Part shown: positions 36,926 to 49,569 of the stretch, piece after piece
Position numbering within the stretch: position 1 is the stretch's first letter
Layout: each line of letters begins with the position of its first letter
Notes under the pieces: model-generated
The model's input: the letters and a program-made list of their open reading frames with translations, nothing else
What the model was told of the DNA's origin: nothing
Database searches by the model: none
Made by a program: the position numbers and the translations under genes
NCBI GenBank assembly: GCA_025594325.1
Contig: JANHCV010000016.1
Span: 310,001 to 374,000, forward strand
Origin: Blastocladiella emersonii ATCC 22665
Taxonomy: Eukaryota > Fungi > Blastocladiomycota
Length of the DNA: 64,000 bases
Direction: 5' to 3'

Positions 36926-39900
36926 TCATCCAAACAGCATCCGCCGCTTCAGCTCCTCGTCGCTCATGTTGCCCTGGGACTCGGATTTCTTCATCCCGCT
37001 GCTACGGCTACACGTTCACGCGCGCGTCGTCAGGACTCCGTTCTTCCCACTCGTACTGGGAGGACACGTACAACAAGGACCCGATAAGACTCGACGTCTT
37101 CCCGGCCGCTCGCGCCGCGGGCCCGTTGCCCACATGCTTGTGGCCCTTGCCCCACGCGAGCTCCGGGTCATCGTCGCTGGTCGACCGCACGTGGCCCGGG
37201 GACCCCGGCGGCGCGCCCGCGGGCGCGGGCGCGACGACCACCGACGGCGGCGGCGTAAGCAGCGACGCGGACCCGTACGGCGACGCGCTGGCGCTGCCGC
37301 GGCCAACGGGTGTTCCGGCCCCCGATAGCGACGACGCAGAGGAGGAAGTGGGTGTCGCGGTGCCGCCGGTGCTCGTCGCGGACGCGTGGATCGAGGTTGA
37401 TGCCGACGAGACGCTGCGCGAAATCGCGCTCCCGCCCGCGGGCGACGGCGGCGGCGGGGCCAGGTTGAAGGGAGCGCCGTTCGAGCTCATGGACGTGGTC
37501 GTGGGCGGCGCTGGAGGGAGCGCACGGCGCGACGAGAAGAGTTTTTCTTTGACGAGCTGGCCCGTGTGTCCGAGCACGGCAAAGAACACGTCTAAACGCG
37601 AGGACGAGGTCAGGTGGTGGTCGCAGAGATCGACGAGAGAACGACAGCGTACCGCGGCGGACCTGGGTCAGGAACTCGAGCCACGTCCACGTCTTGTTGT
37701 GGTACTCCATGGTCGGCAGCGTCAGCACAAACTCGTGCAGGTCCTCAATGTTCTTCTCCTTGTTGCCCTACACGATCACACGCGGCGTGTCAGCTTCCTG
37801 CACCCCCCAAGAAAACGCCGCAACTACACGTACCCGGTAGCTGATGCACAGCGCGACGCTCGGCATGCGGATATGCACGAACGTGGTGTTGCGCGACGCG
37901 CGCGACTTCATCTGGACGAGCGCGTCCGTGGACCCGGACCGCTGGAGGTCGCGCGACCGCTTGCGCCTTGACGACGCGAGCGACGTGCCCGCCCCATACT
38001 CACCGACAACGGACCGCGCGCTCTGCGTCGTCGTCAGGCTGGTCATGGACGTCGACGAGGGGACTGTCGAGGACCCGAGCGCGGTACCCGCGGGCGCACC
38101 CGTGGCGCCGCCGACGACGCGGACGGGGAAGATGTAGTTGACGAGACACTTGCCGAGGTCGTACGTCATCTGCAGCTTGATGGGCGCGAACGACACCTCG
38201 AAGTTGCTGACGAGCGCGATCCCCGCCACGGGCGCAAGCTCGTGCCACTGCATGCCCAGCATCTGCGGGACCGCTGCTGCCGCCGCCGGGTACGCACCGC
38301 TGCTGCCCATGGCCGCCGGGTAGAAGATGTTGGCGACCTCCTCGTACACGGGGTTCGGCAGGCGGTTCCACCCGGTGAACTGCTGGATGGCGAGACTGAA
38401 GGCGCGCGACTGGTCCGAGAACTCGAGCAGCGAGAAATCGACGCCCGCCAGCGACCACTGCACGAACGGCGCCTGCGACTCGACCTGCAGCATGTCCCAC
38501 ACCACGTTGGTCGCACGGAACACGTACTCGTAGATCGGGTGCGCGTTGCTCGCTGCGCTGGCGTTGCGCGAGTGCGGCGCCGTGCCGCCGCCGGTCCGCT
38601 TGCTGCTCCGGCCGAGGGACGGAGAGCCCATGCTGGCCGAGGTAGCGTTCGACGGCACGCGCGACCGTGCGCTCGACAGCACCGGCGAGTCGGCACCCAC
38701 CGCATCCGCGGCCGCCGCGGCGGTCTTGACGCGCAGCCGCTGCGGCCCGTTGTTCATGAGCTTGAACGACTCCATGACGACAAGCAGCTCCTCCTCCATC
38801 TCCATGAGTCGGGCGAGGAGCTTGGTCCACCGCTGGGTGCCGTCAACGTCGACCTGGCCGTCCTGGAGCACGGACACGTCGTAGTGGAGCGCGAGCCGGA
38901 GCTGCGCGATATCGGCGCGCAGGCGGACAATCGAGTCGAGCAGCCCGCGGATATCCTCGGCCTGCGCCGCGAGCATCAGCAGGTCGAGCTGCTCCTGGCG
39001 CCGCGTCTTGGCGGGCTCGCGGTAGATGAGCAGCTTGGACGCAATGTTGAACAGGATCCCGAACGCCAGCGCGTCGCACTGCAGCGGGAAACGCGTGAAC
39101 TCGAGCTGCCACGTGTCGTGCTGCCCGTCCTGCTGCTGCCCGAGCGAGCCCAAACTCGCGCCCGCCGCCGCCGCCGCGTCGCCTGCGGTTGCGCCGTTCG
39201 CGCTGAGCGCCGGGTTGAGCCGCTGGTGCCGGACGTGCAGCATCCCGCGGTGCACGACCTGCGTGAGCCCGTGCGGGAGGACGGCGCGCGCCGCCTCGCC
39301 GCCACCGGTCCCACCGCTGCCCGCATCGTACGCGGACGGCGGGGACGGGAAGAAGCACTCGAGCGGGAGCCACGCGGGCGCGGCGCCCGTAGCGAGGTAC
39401 GGCGCGGCGCCGAGTCCGAGGTGAGCGGCGGACTCGGGCGTGGCGGCGACGGCGAAATTGGCGTCGGTGATATCGGCCGACGTCACGGTCTTGACGAGGA
39501 CGCCGCAGTGCTGCACGTCGTGCTGCGTGACGACCGTGTTCTCGGTGGTCACGAAACACGCGCCGTCGGGGCTGTCGTCGAGCGGCACCGTCACCAGCTT
39601 GATCTGCGGGTTGATGAGCTGGATCAGGACCGACTTGACGCTCTGGTCGAGTGGCGGCGGCGTGTCCGTGTTGCCGCCCGCGGTCGAGGTCGGCGTCGGC
39701 GGCTCGGGGCCGATGGCGGTCCCAGACCGGCCCGCGGCGGCGGCGTGCGGCAGGTCCTCGTCCGACACGAACACGCTGCTGGGCCCGCTGAGCAGCCGCT
39801 CGAGGATGACGCGGTCCGACTCGGTCGCCGGCTGTTGCGCGACTGAGAGCTCCGGGACCGAGAGCGTGGCAGACGGGCGGCGCGAGCTCGACTCGGCTGC

Positions 39901-42900
39901 CGCGAGACCCTGGAGCGCCGGCGCGAGCTGTGCGGGGGTCACGGCGAGCCCGTTACGCGAATGGCGCCGCGGCTGCAGCAGGGACTCGGCCGGCGGTGGC
40001 GCATAGCTTGGGCGGCGGCTGCGGTCGGCGGCCTCCTTCTCGCGCATCTCGAGCAGGCCGCCGAGCTCGCGGATGATCTTGAGCGCCTCGTTGGACGTGT
40101 AGTACTTGAGCAACGACGCCTGCTCCTGCATCTCGATGAACTTGAAGATGACGTTGCGGACAGGCGCGGTCCACAGGAGCCGCGAGTTGTGGATGACATA
40201 CGAGTGGACGTAGTCGCCGTCGTCGTCGCCCTGGTCGCCGCCGGTGCCCTCGGGGCAGAACAGGTTGCTGGTCGCGTGCGCGAGCTGGTCGATGCGGTGC
40301 TGCACGGCGGCGGCGGCCGCGTGCGAGAGCCGTGGTGCGGTCGCGAGGTACTCCTGGAGCAGGCGCAGCTGGACGCGGTTGACGTCGCGGCCAAACGACG
40401 ACTCGCGGCCGTAGTCGACGTCCGAGTTGCGGCAGTACGCGATGCGCGGCGACCAGAAGAAGGGCGTCGAGCGGACGTACAGGTTGGCGTGGCTGTTGGC
40501 GAGCCGGACGCGGACCTGCTCCTGGGCCTCGTACAGCTCGTACGGCGAGCTGCCCGAGCCCGACACGTCGCTGAGGATCAGGCACCGCAGCTCGAGCCCG
40601 GCGAAATCGATCTCGGACGTGTCAATGTACCACGGCGGCGGCGACAGGTACGTGTCGTGGCACCGCACGCGCGCCGTGTAGAAGTCGATGGTGCACCGGT
40701 CGGCGACGGCGCGCAGCCCGACCGCGTCGTTGGGGCTCAGGATCGCCTTGTCCTTGTGCCACAGCGTGACGAGGACGGGGGCGAGCTCGACGCGCAGCGA
40801 GAAGCGCGACAGGAACAGGGACAGCTTCTTAGCCGAGTACTTGGGGGTTGACAGCGGGAACAGGGCGCCGCGGCGGACCGACGTCGACTTGGTGATCACG
40901 TTAAAGTCGACGAAATCGACGGCGTAGTCGATCGCCTGCGGCGTGAACGTGAAGGTGCCGAACCGCGGCGGGACTCCGGGTCCCTCATCCGCGCTATTCT
41001 CGCACCGGATGCGCACCGCGAGCGAGAGGCGCTCGGACCGGAACCGCGCAAACGAGTCGTGTGCGACGCCCGTGGGCGCGGCCGCGGGCACGTACTCGGG
41101 CGCGATCGGGAACACGGTGTGGTGCGACTGGCGCGGGCTGCCGAGGCACTCGAACATGGGCTCCATGGCAAGGACCACGTTGCCGCGGAGGTCCATGACC
41201 ACCTCCTTGTCGTGCGGGCCGCTGTCCCAGGGCGCGGGCGGCGAGGGATCGTCGCGGTCCGAGGGCGCGGCGCGCGGCGTCGTGGCCTTGTGGTTGATGA
41301 GCGGCTGGACGACGGCGATCTCGAGCTCGGCGCACGACAGGACGCCGGCGGCGTTGGCCGACGACAGCGACAGCTTGAAGGGGACCTCGAGGTGCGACAC
41401 GGGCGCGTCGTTACCTTCGGCCGCTGCACCATCTCCGAGGGCGTCGCGCGCGAGGAACCCGGCGGGCACAATACGTCGCTTGCCGTACGCCGAGACGGTG
41501 ACGCCGTGGGACCCGTCCTGGGTGAACCGCGAGTAGTACGGGTTGCGCGAGCCCAAGAAATGGAACAGGAGCGCCTCGCCCTCAATGTCGAACTTGCCGT
41601 GGAGTAGCCACCGCATCTTGTCCCACCACGGCATGGGCTCGCTTGGGTCGACGGACGGGTCCGTGAACTGGTCGAACACGCGCGACACGTCGGCGAGCGC
41701 GGGCTCGACGGCGGCGCCCCAGTGGATCGAGAGCGGCGCCTCGATGCGCCACGTCATGCTGGCGTACACCTTGATGGGGCTCAGCGCCTTGCGCACGCGG
41801 ACCGCAGCGAGCGGGCCGCCCTTGACGATGGGCACAATGTGGTTGAAGATGGACGCGGGCGGGGCGACGGGCTCGGCGAGGATCAGGAGCCCGTGGAGCA
41901 TGTGGAACGTCTGCAGGTCGAGGCTGGGCGGGAGCGCGATCAGGGGCAGCGGGTAGTCGCGGATGCGGGCGAGCAGCGACCGGAACCGCAGCGACACGTC
42001 GCGCGCGAGCGAGAAGTCGAACTCGGCGTCGCTTGGCGTGTCCTTGTCGTGGATGTGGCAGTTGGCTGCGAGCGTCGGCAGCGGGAGCGTCGGGCTGGTG
42101 ACGAGCGCGTCAATGTCGCCGACCGTGAACACGAACAGCTTGGGCGGCGGCGGCGCGGCGGCGGGGTCGCCCGCGGCCTTCATGATGCGCACCCACTCGC
42201 GCCCGTGGAAGGCGGCGAGCTCGGCCCAGAACGGCGCGTGGTCGAGGTCGTGCACCGCGGCCAGCTTGTCGGCGAGGAGCTTCTCGCGCTCGAGCCGGCT
42301 GCGCTGCTGGTCCTTGCCGTACCGGAAGATGAGGTTGAGTCGCGACTCGAACGGGTCGTCGTCGATGGTCAACTGGAACTTTTTCACCAGGACGCGCGCC
42401 GGCAGCTCGGCGCCCGTGGGCGGCGGGCTCGGCGTCGACGGCTTGCCCGCCTTGGCGACCTTGACGAACGTCGCCAGGTTCTCGACCACGTCGCGCAGGT
42501 AGAAGTTGTGCGGGACGCTGACGCGAAACTCGTCGGCCGACGCCGCCACGTCGATGCCGCGGCGCAGCGAGACCTGGAGCTTGGTGAGCGAGAGCAGGTG
42601 GAACATGACGGGCGGGGCTCCGCTGCCGCCCGACAGCTGCGACGCGGGCGGGGTCGGCGGCACGCCCATCGCGGTGGCGAGCGCCGCCACCGGGTTGAGC
42701 GGGACGCCGTGGCGCAGGAAGATGGACGGATACATGCTCTGGGCGCGGACCGTGGCGGCGGACTGCGACGCGCGGCCGGTGATAGACTCGACGGTGAGCT
42801 GCGCGTAGACGTTCGGGCCCTGGACCTCGAGCACGGCGCGCGCGTCGGCGAACGCGAGGACGAGCAGCGTACTCTCAGGGAGCTGGAGGTGCACGTTGGC

Positions 42901-45900
42901 GGTGCCCGCGACGAGCTGCATGCGTTTCGCGGTCTCGCGGGTCCCGGCGATGCTCGTGATCGACATGCGCTTGTGGACCTGCGCGTGGTCGCGCGACGGG
43001 CGGATCCCCGCCGTGGCGGTCTCCGCGAGCCGCGCGAGGTGCTCGGCGAAGAGTACGAGCGGGATCGAGACGGCGAGCGTGACGGGGTCGTCGATGTTGA
43101 CGCTGGTCGAGACGTGCCGCTGAATGCGAGGGAGCACGTCGCTGGCGAGCTGGTACGCCGTATCCACAACCTTGTGCTCGAGAGAGACTCGCGACAGGAA
43201 CGCAATCTGCCCAGCGACGGCGGCGGGCCCGCCGGTCCCGGTGCCCGCGGCCGAGGACAGCGACGACATGGTCGATCGGCGCCACGCTGCGCTCGCGCTG
43301 GCGTTAGCGCCTGGCCCGCTCGGCTCGGCCGTGGTGACGACGAGCTCGTCGACCTCGACCACAAACTCGTCGACGCAGAACGCGTTGAGCGTGTCAATCC
43401 CCGCCGCCGGGCCCGTCGCCGCTTCCACGGGCGCCGCCTGGGCAATGGCGGACGCAGCAGCCCCCGCGGCGCCGAGCACCCGCTTGCCCGAATGCGTGAC
43501 AACGACGCACGCGACGCGGGCCTCGACGCCAGGCTCGGCCGCGAGCGAGCGCTCGTTGAGCGGGTCGGGCTCCGCGGTGACGGTGCACGACGCGCGGTTG
43601 ACGGTAAACTTGGCCGTCGAATGGAGCGCGACAAGCGGGCCCATGGCGGCAGCCGCGAGCGGGTGGAGGGTCGGCGAGAAGAGCGGGCTGGTGATTCCGC
43701 TGCCGGCGGGCTCGGCGTGCTGCTGTCCGCGCGTGGCGAGCGCGGCGAGGTCTGCGACGGCGTGCACGAGTCCCGCGGACGCAGCGAGCGTGAGGTGCGG
43801 CTGGTGCGCGTGGCCCTCGACGAGCAGGTCAAGGCGGATCGCGTCGCTGGCGTCGCCGGCATCGACGGGCGTGCCGGTGCCGTTGACGTTCGTCGCGGAG
43901 CGTTTCGCAACGAAGCGGTCGGCCTCGGTGAGCAGCGCGTCGACGCGCACGATCTCGACGCTTGCCGAGACCCAGTGCGCGAGCTCGGGCGGCATGCCGG
44001 CTTCGACAGCCGCGGCGGCCGCGGCAGCTGCAGCGGGCGCCATTTTCGCGGGCGGACCGAGGACGCGGGTGCGTAGTTGGCCGAGCGTGAACTCGACGTC
44101 GGCCTCGATGAGCGGGGCGGCCGCGACGCCGGCGCGGAGTTTGGCGTGCTCGGCCGAGACGAAGACGCCGACCGAGTGGAGCGGGTACACGGTCAGCTCG
44201 GGCGAGACTAGGGCAAACTCGAGCTCGAGGTCGATCTCGTCGAGGAGCTTGCGCACCGGGCGCGGGAGGAGGTGGGCGAGCGTGGTCGCGGCCGACGCGG
44301 CGGACTGCGCGTTGGGACCGAGCAGGCCGCTGCCGGACCGGCGGCCGGCAAGGCGCGAGCGCATCGACTGCGACAGCGTGTGGCGGTGTCGCGAGCCCGT
44401 CGGTGGTGGAGTCCGCGACCCGTCACGCTGCGCGGGCGTCGGTGGTGGTGCCGCGAGCCGCTCGAGGATCGACGCGACGACGTGTTCTCGGAGCGAGACC
44501 TCGAGGCCCGACAGCTTGAGCTCAGCAAACACGAGCGGTTTCGGCGCGTCCGCGAGCCCGCGCGTGCCACCGCGGAGCGAGGGTGGCGGCTCACCCGACG
44601 CGACCGCGTCGTCTTTGGGGCACACGCTCATCTCAAGCATCGCAAGCGACTGGACGAGCTCGCCGGCGAGATGCGTGGACACGTCGGCAAGGGCGGCGTG
44701 GAGCTCGGACTCGGCGAGCGAGCTTCCGAACCGCGCCGAGACGGACGCCGTGGTGATGAGCGAGCTGATGCCGCCGACGCGCGCCGAGACCTGCTGCGCG
44801 TGCAGGGCGACGGACGAGGGCCACATGGACGGGAGTTTCCGGTCGAGAACCGAGGTGGGCGCGGTCGCGCTGGCCGCGGCGAGTGCTGCCGCGTGCGCAC
44901 GGTCGCGGCGGCGGCGGGATGCGCGCGAGGTGGGCGCAGGCGAAGCGGGCGGAGTCGCAGTCGCGGAACTCGCGCTCGGTCCGCTGCCGCCGAGGCCGGT
45001 GATGAAGCCGCGGTGCAGGTCCATGAACGCCGTGACGGGGTCGACGTTGACGGCAATCGGGCTCAGCGCGAGCGAGACTGTCGGGTGCTTGAACGACGGG
45101 ACAGGTCGGAGCAGGGCGAACGCGACGGTCAGAACGGTGCGCTGGAGCGTGGTGAGGATCGGCGTCCGGTCGATGAGGATGAGTGCGGGCGAGAAGGTCG
45201 CGTAGACGTTGATGGTACCGCGCGTCGCGGATGGTGGCATGGACGGCGCACCGAGCGTCGAGGTGCCCCCGCCATACAGCGTGGATCCGAGGTCCGAGCC
45301 CGCGAGCGATGAGGTCGAGCTCATGGGCGACATGGGCGGCGGAGGCTGCGGCGACATTGGACGGCCACGGGGCGACATGGGCGTCGACGCAACTGACGCC
45401 GCGTCGGCCGGTGGTGGTGGCGGTGCCTGCGGGACCACGACCAATCCCCACAGGTGGAACATGTCGTGCGACGTCTCAACGACGGACGTGTGCGGCGGGA
45501 GTCCCGGTCGCAGCGAGGAGACGGCGATTCGGATCCCGATGCGGGTGATGAGGACGTCCATCCAGCGGACGAGCGTGTAGACGACGAACTGGAGGAGCAG
45601 GACGCGGAGCTGGCGGCCAAAGACCATGTGGAACAGGCCGGTGCCGCCCTGGCGCTTGGGTTTCCGCGCTGCCACACGCCCTAGAGTCGCGTCAGCCTGC
45701 GTCATCGCGGTTGCGGGCGAGCGAGGCGTGCGTACCTGGGGCCGACACATGGTACGGCGCGAGCGACTCGGAGACGTTGACGTCGAGCAGGACGCGGTCG
45801 ACGACGAGCGTGAAGAGGTGGCCGACCGCGCCTTCCGTGGGCGGCGCTTGCTGCCCATTGGCGGCCGACGGTGGTGGCGCAGTCGTTGGCGCGGCCGCGG

Positions 45901-46316
45901 GCGAGGGCGAGAAGCGCAGCCAGCGGCGCAGGACGTGCCAGTGGATCTTGAGCTGCAGCGTCCGGATGGTGAGGACGGCTACCCGCGGGCGAGGTCCGAG
46001 CGTCAGTTGATGAGCGTTCTCGACACGGGGCGAGTCGCGCGCGCGTACCCGAGACGGTGCCCGACAAAGGAACCGCGCCACCAGCAGCCGCGCCACCCTG
46101 GCCATCGCCCGCTTGGGCGGCGGCGCCACCCGAGGGGGAGGCCGGGGCGGAGGAGACGGGGAGCACGAGGGCGTGCTGCCAGCGGAGGTCCGAGACGGAA
46201 AGCAGGCCAAGGCGGCCAAACGAGACGGCCTGCTTAGCGGCGAGCCAGCGGCCGAGCGCGTAGGCGGCGAGGCGGAACACGATCCATGAGACGGCAACTG
46301 CGACGAGAAAGAACAT
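36926..46316 (-). CDS. FMP27: Bridge-like lipid transfer protein BLTP2/Hobbit/Fmp27 (about 3,024 aa); exons 46049..46316, 45736..45978, 37834..45680, 37653..37767, 37072..37591, 36926..37007
   Basis: N-terminal membrane anchor. Family-like blocks IDDDPFESRLNLIFRYG, RIRDYPLPL, DPSEPMPWWDKMRWLLHG, SRASRNTTFVHIR and ISYR/GNKEKNIEDLHEFVLTLPTMEYHNKTWTW. Five canonical introns all restore the frame. Confidence 0.9.
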
Positions 46317-47055
46317 GAGCCCGTCCTTCATGGCCCTGGTGGGAGGGGACGAGCGAGAGGGGAGGGAGAGAGGGGAGGGAGAGAGGGCTCAGGTTAGGAC
46401 CGGTCTTGACGTGTGGACCACGCTGTTCTCCCGGGCGCGCAGCACCGCGGCCGGCACCGGCGAGCGAGATCACGGCCAAGCGCGCGGTGTTGCGTGCTGG
46501 CACGGCCGCTCCACGCGAGACACCTCCCCGAACGAGATTATCTCGCCGCGGTGTGCCTCCAGTGCCCGGTGACGGCCAACCAATCACGACGGCGTACTTA
46601 CGGGGCGAGCGGAGCGTTGCACACGGTCCCTGAGCGGGTGACCGACGCGCTGGAGACTTGCCGAAGCACGCGATGTCAATCAGAGCCTTGTCGGCTCGCG
46701 TTGCATGGAGAGGGGTCGGCCGTCGCCGTCGCTGCAGGGCTGTTCATGGCGGCAAGCTCGCGGCGGCGTGATTCAGCGCGCACACACGCGGTGGCGCCAC
46801 GCGCGCCGCGCGCTTCATCCGAGACGGGACACGGACGCGCCTCTCGCTCTCGCTTTTAAGTCCGGGACCGCTCTGCCCTGCCATTGATCGCATGTAGTAC
46901 AACTTGATGAAAAACTCATGAAACGAACTGAGGACCATCGTGGCGAAGGGCGGAAGCCCCGCTTGAGCATCGGAATGCCCTGAGTGGGCTCGCACGCGAC
47001 ACGGGGAGGATTATGACATGAACCGCTACTTATCTTAAATCCAGACTTCTTATAT

Positions 47056-47745
47056 TCACTCGGATTCGGGCTCGGGCTCAGACTCGGAGTCGGATTCGAC
47101 CATGGCCAGCAGCGCCTTGGTGATATCGATGACCGTCTCGGCTACTTAAGCGCAGCTGGCCAGCGTTCGAGCCTGCGCGTTGTGAACCGCTTCGGTCACG
47201 TCCCACACGTACTTCCAGAGCTTGATGACCTCGGCAAGCGTGACGTGCGAGGCAAAGACCGGTCGACTGTCGCAAAACTCGCTGAGCTTGACGGTGAATC
47301 GAGTGGAGCGGGACACGAGCTTGCCGTTGAGGACACCGAGTGATCCAAGTTTGTCGCGTTCAGCTTCAAGGGACGAGTTGAAAACCGATAAAGATTGGTC
47401 GTTTTCCTCGGCCCCCTCGAAGCCTTCGAGTAAATCGAGCGTGCCAACGACGCGCTCCGCTGCACCGTTGAGAAATTTAATCGTATGGGCCAGCCGGTTG
47501 GCAGTAACATCTCTTGCGCTGTGCAGCAATTTTACGACTTCCGCCACGTCTTGGGCTGCATTGGGGCTGGCGGACATGAGTTCCTCCATATTCTGCGCCG
47601 AAGCCGCTGCTTTCAGACAAGGGTCCACCATGGGCGCGGTCAACGGGCCCTAGACGGCGCGGGCCATGAGCCATCGAAGACAGTCGGGCCCATGAGTGTG
47701 GTCAGCTCGAGGCATGGATACCTGGGTGGCCAGCATTGCATTCAT
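47056..47745 (-). pseudogene. Orphan ORF with a probable intron (47650..47721) and an apparent premature TAA at 47146..47148
   Basis: After TAA the frame stays open for 29 more codons (VAETVIDITKALLAMVESDSESEPEPESE*) with host-like codons. The upstream TAG at 47650 fits an acceptor paired with a GTATCC donor at 47721. Confidence 0.4.
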
Positions 47746-48269
47746 TGAGGAGGCAGCGGATGAGAAGACGAGGAGGAGCAGCTGAGGACGGTGAACTCTT
47801 CGAAATGCACTCAGTCGCGCATACCTTGTAAATTGCTGGAGTATGGGCGGAGATTCACTTGAGAAGCAATAGAAGTTGCCGAATCGTGTACTGCGTGCAT
47901 TGGCCATCAACCGTTTGGCGAGAAACAACGATGGCCGCGAGGATGGCCGTCGTGAAGCTGTCCTCGTTCCATGCGACTATCGTCACCTCGCCGCTCACCA
48001 GCACCAACCACCCAAATTCAAATTCAAATCTTTATACGACATTGCTGCGGCTCCTCGCTCCGAATGGTCGAGCAGTCGTCGACGACAGCGAGGACGCGTC
48101 GGGTTGCGACGCGACGCGCCACACTCGTGCCCCGTTTCAACCGCGACCAGCAAGCACTTCATGTGCGTCGATCACTTGCTCAACCCACTCGCAAAGGAAA
48201 CGAAAAAGTCATGCAATTGAACCAAAAGTGTATCTTAACCATCTCCTCCTCGCGCAGCATCAACCCGCC

Positions 48270-49220
48270 TTAAGCGAGCATCGCGACCATAGCCGCAACA
48301 ACGACAGCAACGACGCCCGAGCCGGCGTTGAGCCCGTTAGCCGCCGACTTGCCAGCGTTGGCGGGCCCGCTGCCGGTAGTGCCCGAGGCGGTCGAAGCGT
48401 TGGGGGCGATCATCTGGACGGCGAGCGTGAGCTGCTGCTTCTCGGCGGCGGCAACCCAGTCGGCGCCGCACTTGGCGGCGAGGTTGGTGGCGTTGGCGGC
48501 GGGGTTGGGGCGCGACGAGAGCGCGGTGAGGGCGTCCGAGGACCCGAGCGACTTGGTCAGCTTGTACTGCTTGGCCGTGCAGTCGGTGCAGACGAGGTCC
48601 TTGGGCCAGTTGGCCGTCGACGAGGCGCCGGCCGCGGCGGCCGTGGCGTTAGCGCCCGCGCCCATGGCGGCGCCCGTGGTGGCGTTGGCCATGACGGGGG
48701 TGATGGCCTCGGCGGCCTTGGCCTGGTCGACGATGCAGTAGCCCGACGGCGACTTGATGCAGTAGAGGTTGATCTGGTAGAAGGCGCCGACGGCGACCGT
48801 CGAGAACATGGAGTTGGACTGGCACTCGGGCTGGGCCGAGATAGCCTTGAGCGCGTTCTGCGCCTTGGTCGTGCACGCCGACGAGCACAGCTTGGTGACC
48901 TGGGGCTCGAGGTCCTTGGCGGCGACCGCCTTGCCCGTCACGAGCTTGGTGAGCTCGCAGTCCGTGTCGGCGAGCAGCGGCGTCACCACGTCGTCGTACA
49001 GCTTCTTGCACGTCGGCGTCAGCGTCGCGCCGCCGAACAGGTCCGAGATGGCGCCGATGGCCGGCGTGCCCGTCGCGCTCGCGCCGGGCGCGGCAGCGGT
49101 GCCCGTGGCCGTGGCGGCGGGGGCGGCGGGGGCGGCGGCCTGCGGGAGCGCCGTCGACGACTGCGCGGCGAGGACGGCGACGAGGGCCGCGAGGAGGAGC
49201 GAGCGGACGGAGGCCGTCAT
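48270..49220 (-). CDS. Secreted, probably GPI-anchored cysteine-rich cell-surface protein, 316 aa
   Basis: Signal peptide MTASVRSLLLAALVAVLAAQSSTA; Cys-rich core (CSSAC, LYCIK...YCI, VCTDC, AKCG); Ser/Thr spacer; omega-like SAA followed by a hydrophobic C-terminus. Confidence 0.85.
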   Translation of the reverse strand: MTASVRSLLLAALVAVLAAQSSTALPQAAAPAAPAATATGTAAAPGASATGTPAIGAISDLFGGATLTPTCKKLYDDVVTPLLADTDCELTKLVTGKAVAAKDLEPQVTKLCSSACTTKAQNALKAISAQPECQSNSMFSTVAVGAFYQINLYCIKSPSGYCIVDQAKAAEAITPVMANATTGAAMGAGANATAAAAGASSTANWPKDLVCTDCTAKQYKLTKSLGSSDALTALSSRPNPAANATNLAAKCGADWVAAAEKQQLTLAVQMIAPNASTASGTTGSGPANAGKSAANGLNAGSGVVAVVVAAMVAMLA

Positions 49221-49569
49221 GTTGGTGCAGGTCTAGTCTAAAACGCCACTCGTCTATGGGTTGCGGAGATGCGTTTGCTTGGGGGGAGAGAGGACGAAGT
49301 GCGCCAGGTGCTCGCGAGTTTTGAGAAGCGCCCCTCTCCGCGTTCATGCAAGTACGAGGGCGGCGGCAGGCGGCGGTGGCGCCGGCGAGCGAGCCGCAGC
49401 AGCGCCGCACACGTGCGGGTGGCTGCAGGAGTATTCATGGGTGACGGACGATGACGCACAGCCAATCGGCGCGGTCCCTTGCATGCGTGGCGCAACACGA
49501 GAGTGAGGCTTGCGGACATGGCGGCTCGCTCGCTTCCCCTCCCCGCCCCGACGACGCGATGCCCACCCG

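Noticed and set aside
46904-46983. C/D-snoRNA-like pattern TTGATGA...CTGA...CTGA with small hairpins
   Set aside because: Box C is imperfect, there is no convincing terminal stem, and I could not match either putative guide to rRNA or snRNA. A snoScan/Infernal run would be needed.
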